The notes below the pieces were generated by a model, which had not been told where the DNA came from, searched no databases, and saw only the letters and a program-made list of their open reading frames with translations. From NCBI RefSeq assembly GCF_964204645.1, contig NC_134026.1, positions 7,339,950 through 7,403,949 of the forward strand: a DNA stretch of 64,000 nucleotides, given 5' to 3'. A program made the translations under genes and the position numbers. This document shows positions 13,601-26,100 of this stretch, piece by piece. The stretch comes from Tubulanus polymorphus. Lineage: Eukaryota; Animalia; Nemertea. Within the stretch, counting starts at the first letter, position 1. Every line of letters starts with the position of its first letter.

Positions 13601-16600
13601 GATATCTGACTTGAGCTGAGTCAACTCTTATCATCCAACTCAGATATCACTCTCAAGTCATAAGATTCGATTTGAGCAATCTGACTTGAGCTGAGTCAAC
13701 TCCTATCATCCAACTCAGATATCACTCTCAAGTCATAAGATTCGATTTGAGTAGAGTCTGCTGTACCATCCATCTCGGATATCACTCTCAAGTCAAAAGA
13801 TCTGACTTGAGCTGAGTCAACTGGTAGAACCGACAACTGTCAAAATGAGTCCTCATCAAATCATTTCGAGGTATAGAAAATTATCTAGAAGTTTTATGAA
13901 TGATTGTTTATGACTGAAGAAGGAATTTGTGCAAGACTACGTAGGTCTACTGGTTTATATCTGTGTTAAATGAAGCACGTTGAAAACTATTTCAATCAAA
14001 TCGCTACTACTACAGCTTGATTCTCACCAAATTAGAAAAAAAATTGAAATTCTAGATGTCTCAATCATTGGGTTACGGTTTAATCTGAGCTGAATGAAAT
14101 TATGAAGGGAGAAACAAGAGTTATGGAATGATTTTTATACCGCTATTTTCCGTGTGATGATGACTTTCTTCAAGCGCTACTTGTTCAACTAATAAAGACT
14201 CTTTGCGCGTCTTTATTTCCACTTTCAAAAAAGAAGAAAATTCGCTTTAATTCCCATGAATATAATTTTTTTCGTCTTTTCAATGAAATGTTGTATTTGC
14301 GTAAAATTGAAACTGCAAGAATCTTAATCTCTGTCTGTTTAAAAATTACCGGGTGAGATCTAAATTCCAAACGATTATCAAACTGAAACCTCATTAGCCT
14401 ACTAAAACCTGGACCCAATTGCTCGAAATGTGCTTTGACCAATATAACAATGCAGTTTCAATCATCACTTGGTCAGTTATCGACTGGTTAACTTGAACCG
14501 ACTTTTTAATAACTGACATCATGGCATGAAGTTAGTCGAATGTTAGTTAAGAGTTAACCGGTAGATAGTTGATTTAGTGACGAACAAAAAGTTCATCGTC
14601 ACTATGGTATTCATCTGCTGGATATCTTTAACCAACTTTTCAACAATGATATCAATAATAGAATTCTTGCATTTTTCATTTTAGTCGAGTTTGTTATAAC
14701 AAGGTTTGGCGGTAACGTACAGTTCAACAATCAAGCGAATCTCGAAATCTCCGGTACCCAGTGAGGTCTATACAACTCAAACCCCGATACCCTCATACAT
14801 CCCTCATCCACATTCTATAAACTAATGTTAGTGTCGAGTGTTTAAACTGTTTTTTTTACCTCGAACAATTTGTTCCGCTCTCTTTTTGTCTTTCTCTATG
14901 AATAACGCTGTAAACAGGAACGCAGCGCCCCCTAGCACCGTCACAAACGCTGTCATGTATAGCGAGTTCTGTAGACTGATGAATTCGGTGACCGTGTCAG
15001 GTTTAGGTCCACTTACGGCATCTGATACCTGCCAAAAATTCATAAAGTTTTTATGAATTTTTGCTACGACACAATCACGGCATGCACTTAACTGAGCAAA
15101 CAGTCGTAGGGTAGTTTAACTGAGACATAGAGGATATACTCACAGCTCCGACCAGGTATGGGCTGCCAGCATCACCGAAAAGATGTGACATCAGTATTTG
15201 AAAAGCTTCAGCAGTTGAACGTCGTGTAGGTATAACAGTATACTGTAATATAGAGACATATAGTAGAGAGAGGGAGAATACAGAGAGGAGACTGAGGACG
15301 GTGAGAGAGGAGCAGGCGCGGATCTAGGGGGTCTTATAGGTCTTCTGGAAGACCCTCAAAATTTTAAAGTGCCATCAAACCATTATGCTCGCAAATCAAT
15401 TTCATGACCCAAAATGCAGGAAATGGCTTCAAATCACAACTGGAATCTCAAAATTTTCTGGTGGGGCCTCAGACCTACTGGAAGGGCTTTGCACTGAAGA
15501 AGTGTTAGCCTCATGCGCTGCACTCGGTGTGTTATCAGTGCCCTTTCTTTAGGTATGCCCCTAGAATTCTGAGAAGACCCTCAGATTTACCCCTAGATCC
15601 ACCCCTGAGGAGAGGGAAGGAGGGCAGGGAGGGGCTGGAGAGAGGGGAGTCAGTACAACACTATACTGTATTCAACAAACCCAGAGAGACGAACAGTACA
15701 TAGAGCTAGAGTAGTGGAGGGGTGGGAGGGAGAGTGAATGAGCATCCTACCTCAGCAGGGATTCGAACCTGATGGCATTAATGCCATTATTAGCCAATCA
15801 GAAATCCTGTTCTATATTTTAGCCCAGGTTTTTCCATTTATAGTTTCTCCGTGAAATTTTTCTCAGTGATTATACAACGAGGAATCTGATTGGTGCCGAT
15901 GCCATCCGGTTTGTATCCCTGCTGGGGAGGATGATGAATGGCAGAGAGAAGTTTAGGAGAGGTAAGGAGGGTATATGAAGTCTTACCAGTAATATATCTG
16001 CTACTATCGACCAATTTAAACATAATAAAGTTTCACCAAAGAAAATAAGCACCTGAAAATAAACTGAAATCTGATTCAAACAATTCAAAGCGTAACAGAG
16101 ATCGATCGTAACAAAGATATACGTACCCAGGTAACGGGGGTATTATAACGCGATAGAGCTAGAGCTAAATATAGAAACGGCGCACAGGATAACATTCCGA
16201 ACGCACAAACTAACGGATCAGCTCGCGGATTCTTCTTCTTATACCAGTTAGCGATCTGTGAACCGCTACAAACTCCTATCAGACCAGCCGCACACGTGAT
16301 TATACCAAATATCCAACTGACACTGTCAACACAATAAACACTGAACTAGTGAGAAATCATGTCAAAATATCCGAATTCAATAAATCTCTCAGCAACAACA
16401 TCAGGTTTGAATCTCTTCTCTACTAAGGGTAGGGGTCTGTACTAGCCGCAATAGTGCTTTCGCCCGGAGCAACTGCTCACACAGGTGCGAAATGGGCCCT
16501 ACCAAAAATGTCAGACCAAATGAGGGATCCAGCGCAAGCATTTAGGGCTGTACTTAATGATTGCATTTAGTACATTCAACTGGCTCCGGAAATTGCCCAC

Positions 16601-19554
16601 TTCGCTTTGTTTGAGTACTGTTTAGTATCGAGTGGATTGTGTGTGAGCACGACATGGACCAAATTCGGCTTGAGCCTGATCCGTGCGATTGTGGCTACTG
16701 AGTCTCATGCTGTCATCAGGTTCAAATCCATGTCAGTGTGGAATTAAATGAATGCTCCCTTTTGTTTGCAATATTGTAGGCTTACTATGCCATCAAGTTT
16801 GAATCCTAGCTGTGGGAGGATATATCTAATAAGGTAGGTGTTTGTATTCTGATAGCTTTCAACGCCATTAGGTTCAAATCCATGTTCGGAGTAGTCGGGA
16901 TGTTTCAGAAGTTTTCAAATTCATGAATTCATTTAGTTTTACATTAACACTAACTCTATGTATAAGACTTGGTATATTATGTTTAACTGATGCGTGTGAA
17001 CAACACTTACGAATCAATGGTTTCGTTGTAACCTTGCACATTGATGGAGAGCAACATGAATTTAGGCGCCCACCACGCCAGAGCTCCTGTTACAAACGCT
17101 ACTGATGTGAATCCTAATGATGAACACACAAAACTTTTACTGAAATTAAATGATAAGCATTTAAACTACGGTAATCCAAAAATTGTCTTAAATATCATGA
17201 GACTGGTCTTAAAGTTGTCAAATTGTTTACAGACACATAACTAGCTTAAAACTGGTCCTAAGTTATTAGATTGGTTTAAGCAACAAAATACAATAGGCTC
17301 GAACTCGTCTTGAATCTGAGAGAAGTATAATTTTCAATTTACTTGAAGCACAAAGATCTCAGATCGGCAATGAAACCAGTGTGACCTAAATGTGAACCTC
17401 CCTCCGATTCACCGCGCTCCGGTTCTCGGACAACCACAACTATCAATATCACAGCTATCAGTCCTAATCCTGGGGTAACCTATAATCAAAAAGAATCCAT
17501 ATATACCATAGTAATAAGTCTGAACCATTCTCATGTGGTTAAGTCATCACATTACTGAAGTCATTTCTATTTTTGAGTCTCAATTGTTGAGTTTCAATTC
17601 GATGACTCGAAGTATAAGCAATAAACATCTTACCCTTAATGCCCATTGCCATTCACCCATCAGTTCAGCAACTTGAGAACCAGCTATATAACCCAAACCA
17701 CTGAAAAATACACAATTCATCAACGCAAAAGAATTTGAGAAGAACATCACAAAGACAAATTGAATTGACTACTGACTAGTGACTAATAACTATACTGACC
17801 TGCCGAATGGAATAGCGATGTAAAATATGGCTAACATTTTTGATCTCATGCTTTTGGAATATAAATCAGCTATAATCGTTGGAGCGATCGTTGAATAACT
17901 GGCTTCACCAACACCTACCATTCCTCGCAGTAACATAAACGCCCAGTAATACTAGAGATTAATAAATAATCATTAAAACCGGATGAACTTGCCGAGACAA
18001 TACTAGGTCATTACAGGGTCAGGGGGAGAGGCCAGCTGATTCTATATCTGAACCTACTGAGCACAACTCAGGTTGAGTATCTCTAGAGGGAAAGGCCAGA
18101 GAAGAAACTCTGTTCCCACAAAGATTCTGATGAGCCCAGATTGAGAAGACACTCTAACAGATGGTCTCATAAAATTCTGGATCCAGTTACGCAGTAGCAC
18201 TTAAGTCTATCTCAGTTCTTTAACCAAACTAACAATTCATTTGAAACCAGTTTTATGAGTAAAGATATGTTTTGGACTTAAGCCGGTACTGTGTATCCAA
18301 GCCCTGATCATAAAGATAAATGACGTATTTGAAGAATACTTACATCTTCAGGAATGAAAGAACCAGCAAGTGTAACGGCACTCCAGAAAAATATTCCGAC
18401 TCCCATCAACAATTTACGATTATAACGATCTCCGAGGTAACCAAATATCGGTGATAATATCATATAACTACATATAAATACTGTCTGTAGTAAACCTGCT
18501 AAAGCGTTGTCCACATCGTAGTAATAACTTTGAACCTTTGGTATTACACCTAAAATTGCAAACACAATACATGTACATTACGCTTAAAAAGTAGACTCCA
18601 GCAGCAGACTCCATGGCTTGAATCTTTATACTATAGGCCTATCAGTTCTAAAACCACCAATCGAACAACAGACCAAACCTATTCTTTTGGGACCAGTTGC
18701 TTTAAGTTAGTTAAAGATAACCGGCGGATAACTAACATAGTAATAATAAACTCTCAATTGTTACTATGGAAATGATGGTTAACTCTAACCAACTTTTGAA
18801 CAACTGCAGTTTCTGAACATTAATCGCATCTGTGATACCGGGCCCTACAGGGTCCTATGAGCTGCTATAAGTCAGTTCAGAGGAAATGAACAGACTATAC
18901 TTATATACTGTTTTCTGGTCCACTTTTTTATCAATAGCCTCCGATGGCCACAATGGTCGGAAGTCAATAGTGGATCCAACCGAGGATCCAGTTTCACCAA
19001 AACAATGCATTCAGAGTATATGACTTCTGATCGTAGTTCCAACAGACAGGGACTGTAGTAGACTAACTTCTGCTACAGAGTCGAATAATCGATAACAACA
19101 CAACAGAATCACATATTACAAAATTCATCCTTGAAAAATAGTTGTTTATTTCTGCTGTGGGTTTATATGCCCTTCTGTATATGCATCGATTACTTCAAAC
19201 ATTATACACCCGATGAGACCTAAGTGACTCGGGCGAAATCAATCGTGCCGTAACCTACTATTTAAAATGATGGACTTTTGACTGATTGAAAGAGAGAATG
19301 TGGTTTTTATTACCTGCGATTGTGAACCTGTCCATATAATTCAATAAATTAATATAGAATAAAACGAGAACGGTCGATAAATCCCTGGTCGTAAATAATC
19401 TATTATCTTCATTATCCCTCTCATTATTCTCATCATTATCCGCTGAGATCTCGTCGACTTCTTGATGGTCACTGATCGGTAAAATCGATCGTCTATCGGA
19501 AACGGCAACCCTCGGGTCGTCAACGAGGGACGGCTCCGACGCTGGCTGCATCAT
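10608..19554 (-). CDS. SPNS1: Spinster MFS lysosomal transporter (~11 coding exons)
   Basis: Exons at approximately 19554-19314 ([14 protein letters not shown]), 18549-18344 ([11 protein letters not shown]), 17952-17800 ([19 protein letters not shown]), 17700-17633, 17479-17342, 17138-17011, 16322-16127, 16052-15988 ([11 protein letters not shown]), 15242-15143 ([14 protein letters not shown]), 15028-14859 and 10771-10608. Confidence 0.93.
11547..11803. mobile_element. MITE CAGGG...CCCTG with 5-bp TSD (family B)
   Basis: TIR cagggttcgatctaag / cttagatcggaccctg with TSD tgtat. A second copy at ~57495-57752 has TSD tacaa. Confidence 0.85.
13485..13825. repeat. Minisatellite, ~55-60 bp degenerate units
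   Basis: Repeated catccaactcagatatcactctcaagtca..agat units. An inverted single unit lies at ~36495-36560. Confidence 0.85.
15313..15607. mobile_element. MITE CAGGCGCGGATCTAG...CTAGATCCACCCCTG with 5-bp TSD (family C)
   Basis: TSD aggag. A truncated copy lies at ~58448-58590 and a related element at ~61513-61808. Confidence 0.8.
18689..18807. mobile_element. ~120-bp MITE (family D)
   Basis: GGCCAGTTGCT.AAAAGTTGGTTA ... AACCAACTTTTGA.CAACTG-type ends. Copies at ~22798-22918, ~32206-32322 and ~42727-42848. Confidence 0.7.
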
Positions 19555-20704
19555 GATTGTAACGATCCTAGTTTCTAAGCGACAGATGTCCTTGACATTG
19601 TTTTAAAGTATTCTGAAATTGTAGATAAATGTTTGAAAAATTTCGAAAGATAAAACTTCTATTTTTACTGCATCGCTTTTAGTCAAAATCAATGTGACAA
19701 AATGATTCGCATTAGTTTCAGGGAATGCACTTAAAAATAGAAAGATCTTTTTTTTTCTTCATTAACTTAAGGCTTAGACTTAAGACGGAGAGATTTATTT
19801 GACCCAGTTGAGATACATGTAAATTAGTTGTACAAGGAAGTATGTGTATAGATAATAGCATGGTCTCCTCATATCAGTGACAATAATCAGTATCACTATC
19901 TGAAGTATCAATAGTGTGTCATCACTGATAGCACCACACTAGGCTTACTAACAAACACTAGTCTAGTCTGAATACCAGTCATTGTTACGGGTTCCCTACG
20001 TCTGACGCTAACGTATCATATAGAGGTTAACTCCTGTTAATTGCAATGCAACAACTGATTTTAGTGTCAAATCAAACCTTTGTACTCAAATAAATTAATT
20101 AGTTACCATTTTGACTTAGAAAACGTGAAAAATATTTTTGATAATTTAAATCGCGAACTGGATAATTTATTGATTTGATTTGAATTGATTGCCACAATCG
20201 GGATTTCCAATACGGACTAAATTAATAAAATTTGAAAATTCAATATGTCTCTCTAAAATTACTCTAAATGCTATTTTTAGTTGATAAAACGCATAAATTT
20301 TGGTCAATTTTACCTTAAGAATTTGAAACAATAATAATATCTGCATTGGCATCAATGTCAGCCCAAGTACAAGTCCGAATCCGTAATTTACACTCCCATC
20401 ATGCAACACGAAAAGCCACCATATTTGTTATGTTGCTTCACTTCAACTATTTTTGAGGCGACTAGGCAAAAATTTTGAGTTACTACAATCGTCAAAAGCT
20501 ACTTAGGATTACAAATTTATGCACAAACAATAGTTAACTTCCATCTGATTACAGAACAGTCAGTTTGAGGTAAGTTCATGGTGTGGGACGAAAATTAACC
20601 TTACATGAGCACTATCGCCCTAGACGTTGTTTGAGGAACAACAGCTAATGTCTATTTCAACCTGACTTGAGAGCATTCCTGGTGGCCTAGCTCAGTCAGT
20701 TTTG

Positions 20705-21098
20705 GTAGTACATACCTGATAGAATTCTTATTAGGAACAGAATGCATTGGCAGCTGACCTAAAATATCGTTTTTTAATACACTTTAAACTGTATTGAAGG
20801 ATATTCAGAAAATCTGCATTGAGAGGTGTTCCTGAGAGAAAAGAGACTCCATGATTTGAAAGTTTAACAATATGTCTACATGCCTACCAACTAAAGTTTG
20901 GTACGTAGGCGTGGAAACATATTGTTAAACTTTCAAATCATGGGAGTCACTTCTCTTCATTTAACCCCTTTCAGTGAAGACTTTTTGGATATCCTTCAAT
21001 ACAGTTTCATCATTATGGATTAAATAATGATGATTTAGGTCGACTGCCAGTCCCTTCTGGTCCTATTAAGACCTTTATCAGGTAGGTATGTACTATCA
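20705..21098. repeat. Long imperfect palindrome (foldback/MITE-like)
   Basis: Arms of ~190 bp, e.g. catgatttgaaagtttaacaatatg / catattgttaaactttcaaatcatg and aactgtattgaaggatat / atatccttcaatacagtt. Confidence 0.85.
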
Positions 21099-23167
21099 TT
21101 AGATTAACAGTAACACTAATATAATATTTTAGGCCTACCACGTCTAGATAGGCCTCATGAGTTATTTTTTCAATATCAACTTGTTGTTCGGGCCTTTGTT
21201 GTTACACTAGACCCCACAACGGTTCTGCAAAAATTTTTAATTATTCATTGGCCCAGGGCCTAATTTATTTCTTTATTTTACATTAGGCCAGTGCGATTCA
21301 AGAATAGGGGACTATAGCAATATATATGTAGTGATAGTAATCAATTGAGTAATAATATTAGTAATTGATAATGATGATATATAATGATAGTAATGTATAT
21401 AGTAATTAATGATGATTAGGGAACTAAACCTAACCCTAACCCTAATCCTAACCACTAGACAGTCCCCTATTCTTGAATCTTACCCAAGCGGATTCCTAAC
21501 CACTAGTCCCCTATTCTTGAATCTTACCCAAGCTTTTAGGGCTGTACTTAAAAACATTTGCAAGGTGAAAGACCGAGAAGCGAGTGATTAGTGAAGACGA
21601 AGAAGCCCGAGCGAACGACGAAGAAGGCGAAGGTAGGGGGTGTTGCAACTCTTTCACTGACCGGTCTCTCGACTCGACAAATGCAAATTAATTCATGAAT
21701 TTATCACTGGAATAAAGGGCGACAGGTGACGTCATACTGACACTGACTGGTGCTTCTGTTGTTCTGCTAAAATTGCATTTATCAAACCTAGAAACACCGC
21801 CTGCACCACTGCATTATTATATAAAAACAATCGTTTCCGTGTCTATTCCGGGTGGTCATAAGTTTACTGAATACAAGTGAGTAGCGAACGGAAATAATCT
21901 CAATCCCAGTCAGTAGCGAACGGAGAGGTAGCTTCGAATCCCATTTTAATATATTCTAGACACTTTAGATAAATCAACACGGATTTGAGTCCTGAACCCA
22001 GCATATTGATACTAACTAAATATTGGAATATCACAGATTGTTCTTATTCGCCATCTATTGGAATTTTGTCAAACTATATCTAGATCCAACAGCGGCACCA
22101 CTAATTACACGTGCGCCATCTATTGGAAACATAGAAAATAATGACAATAAAGTTGGCCTCGGGTTCGAACCCATCAGTTATATCTGGAGCTTGGAGGTTC
22201 GGACTAGAAAATAAATAAAAAGGAGTCCCAAGTTCGAACCCAGTACGGTACTTACGTAAATAGCCGATACTCCCGTACCTTCAGAAGTATAGCAATGAAG
22301 TCATAAAAAGATCTTGTATTTTATAATATCTTTTATTTTTAAATCTTTAATTACAAAGTAGAAGATTATCTAAAATATATTTATCTATAGAAATACCATG
22401 TCGCACGGTATCTATAATGAAGGCACCATTTGACACAGGGATTAACAGATCTTCTCTGGAATGTCAAATATCAATCAATTGTGAGGAAATTGTTCAATAT
22501 TCTACAATTTTGATTTTCCAGCTCAGATAGGCCTATAATAGAATGTTTAAAATATTGAAGCAGATTATGATTTATAGAGTTGATACTGATTTGAATTTAC
22601 AATGATCAAAACGCTTCTTATCATCAAATTTAAGTTCAATTTAAACTTATCTTCAAATACCCGGTAACAAAAAATATTTACACAACACTGGAAGAACCTT
22701 TTTCCCTAATTGTAGCCTCGGTACTTACAAAGGTTTTAAATGCAAAAAGCTGATAATGAATAAAATATATGATCAAATGAATTCGAAGCTAGGCAGAGGC
22801 CAGTTACTGAAAAGTTGGTTAGAGAATGGATAGTTGGCTGGGTGACAATTTGAAACTGTATTGTAACAATGGTCTTTTTCCACCAGTTAAGTCTAGCCAA
22901 CTTTTGAAAAACTGACCCTCAAAATCACAATTATACTCAATAGTTCACAGTTTGAGTTCAGGGGCTCAAAAATTGGTTGTTATCCAGTTGACATAGTGAC
23001 AGTTAAAAGTTCATTGTAACTATCATGGTACGTATCTAGTAGTTAGTTTTAACCAACTCTTACCGACTGGTATCTCGATTGGGAAAATCAGATCAGTGGA
23101 AATCAGAAAATAATTTCATTTTTTCCTGGAGTGAGCCAAGTGTCCGAATAAGGTTTACTGTAGTTCC

Positions 23168-26100
23168 TCAAATCAGTGTGAATACCGAATCTCTATCCCC
23201 TGATTCTGATTCCTGATTCATGTTATCTGTGCTATGAGCGCTCTCAGTGCTTTGTATTCGCTCATTGCGTTTACGTAAAATTCGACTCAACTCGTCATCA
23301 GGTCCACAACCCCCTGACGAGGGGCTGTCTAATGAATTAGTTGTTGAATATGTTCGCTTCTTTAGATTCGCCAGTAATGATGAGAATTGATTGACAGCTT
23401 CATCTCCTGCAGGAACTCCGCCCTCTTCTGTCAATAGTGATGCCTAACGAAAACAGAAACAACAATATCATCAGTTAAATTGTTGCTACAATAACAAATT
23501 TAAATTTCAATGTGAATACCTTCCTCGCTGGTTCAGTTTTAATTCTCTTCATCATTTCAGATAAAACTTCATCAAATCCTTTAATTTCTTCTTTCACTGA
23601 AAACAAACACATAAAAAAGTAAACAAAATAATCATAATTGTGATGGATGAATTTCAAAACAGGATGGTGGCCCCAGGAATGAGAGTCCCAGGGATGAGAG
23701 GTGGCCCCAGGGATGTGAGGACTGGTCTCTCTCAGGGGGTGGCCCTGTCTGGTTTAATTGCGGCTGAACTCTTTTAAAACAAACCTGCTGGTTTGGGTTT
23801 CTTTGACTTCATCACTAGTTTTACAAGAGGCCTGTTTTAAAATAAACATATACATTTATCAGACATGTTTTCAATGGATGCAGTTTTATAGTCGTACGAC
23901 TTTCTATAAAAGCAGGCATCTTAATAAACTTACTTGAATATTGAAGGTGGTGGCGGTGGCGGGGGAGGTGGTGGTGCTGGAATGTTTGATTTCTTGGCAT
24001 TTTCTAATTGTTCAGATAAAAGTTTCACTGAAAGAAAATTTAAAACAGTACAGTTCAGTGAGTTTAACAGTACAATATAAACTGCACACATTAAGTCGGA
24101 CTTATAGGGACAAAATTTGTCCAACTTAAGTAAGTATGAATATCGGAGTTGGTTGATACAACTCCACTAACAAGTCAGACATATTTTCCAATCTTGAGAG
24201 CAATATCTGCCCGAGTTAGAAAATATTTCAATCAACAAACATGTGGTGTTTGAGCAGAGACTGTAGAAATATTTTGTCAAACGTTCAAACATTATGAGGG
24301 CATTGATAGAAATGTTACCTTTATACTTTAAATTGTTAGTGAGTTTGTGCGAATCTTCTAACTGTTGTTCCAATAACTGTTTCTTCTCATCTGACTTCTC
24401 TAATTCACGTTCTAATTCTTTATAACCTGAAACTTTTACTTTAGCTTCAAGTTCTTTTATCTATAAGAAAATAGTATTGATTCATCAGTTTCGATCTGAA
24501 ATCGTCAGAACACTATATCAAAACATTTTTTTACAATGTTTGACTTTTTATGGATAATAAAATCAAAATATGAGAAAGACTGAAGGTTTGGTTCTAGTTG
24601 ACAGAATATCAATGGTCACACAAGATCAGTAGCTTAACATCATTTTGGTTCGATAGCCAATCCAACAACCTTAGACCAGCAAAGCGAATTTTAGTTCTAA
24701 CTAATCTAACAACATAAGACTTGTCTAAGCTAATTTTGGCTCCATAACCAATCTAACATCTTAGACCGGTCCAAGCTAATTCTAGTCCTATAGCCAATCT
24801 AACTCCTTAAGACTTGTCTCAACCCAAAAGTTCTATTTCAAATCTAACAACTTAAGACCAGTGTAAGGTCATTTTAGTTCTATAATCAATCCAACACCTT
24901 AAGACCAGTCTTATGACTTATAACTGCACTAGGCTTAGAGTTGTATGAAGTTATACCTGTTCGGAATATTGTTCTTTCTGCATTTCAATTTTCGTAGTTA
25001 AATCTTCAATTTCTCCAAGAGCTTTCGCTAATTGATCATGAGCCAAAGCGGAACCAATAAGAGCTTGACTCTGACGAGCCATAGTCTCACGCTGACGATG
25101 CATCTACCAAATGAAACATGGTTTAATAGCATGAATTTTGACATAAGTCTTACACTCACAGTTCAACAGACTGTGATGGGTAAAATCAAATTGGATTAAA
25201 CTGTCAAATCTGCATGAAATTCAATATTCAAGATTCAATAAAATCCTGCTGATCTGATTTTCTAATCTGAATATCATTTGCATGTCATGGACACGGTTCC
25301 ACTGGTCCTTGGTTCAAATTTGACTCTACAGTTAGATTGAGTTCATTTTCAACGTTCTAACTCAATTTTTACTTCCAACTGTGGACCATGTCCATGATGT
25401 GTTATGTCTATGATTGTTTGTGTATACTGTACTGTAGTCACCTTCGATGCGTAGTTCATCGCTGCTTTACGACATTGATTTTCCATCTCGAGTTTTTTCT
25501 GTAGTTCTTGAATTTCCCCGACAGCCAAAACTGACACTGAATACAAATGAAAACTACCGTCAGTTATTTCTTCCTTCCGTTAAATGAGATTGAGTGAAAT
25601 AAAATGTTGAAAATCACCTCTTTGAAAATCATCTTTCATTTTCTCGAATTCTGATAAACTATTTGAACTTTTTCTCAGTTGAATGTCCCTCATTTGTAAC
25701 TGTAAAATATTTAAACATTTGAATTTAAATCATTCCTTTAACCCTTTCAGTGCATCTACACCGCAGTGCGGTGTATGAATCGGTGACGGATTTTGCTAGT
25801 ACACCGCACTGTGGTGTATTGATGTAATTAGTAATTAGTTTTTATCTATCAAAAGATGGCAGCATCTGTCAAACATAGTGAAATATTAGTAACTAATGAT
25901 ACACCACGCCGATATTCCCGTTATTCAACACACTAGGGTGGAATTTTTCAAAATTTTCAAATTATCTCCAGCACTATAGGGTATTGATTAGTCAGCACTG
26001 AAAAGGTTATTGAACTGTTTCATTCAATGTTCATAAAGGATGGTACATATCAATAAGGATATGGCCACTTCTCTAGGGGTAGCTCTTGGGGGTCATTCAG

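Noticed and set aside
21425-21452. Telomere or chromosome fusion relic
   Set aside because: Only 2-4 imperfect CCCTAA units, embedded in dispersed repeats.
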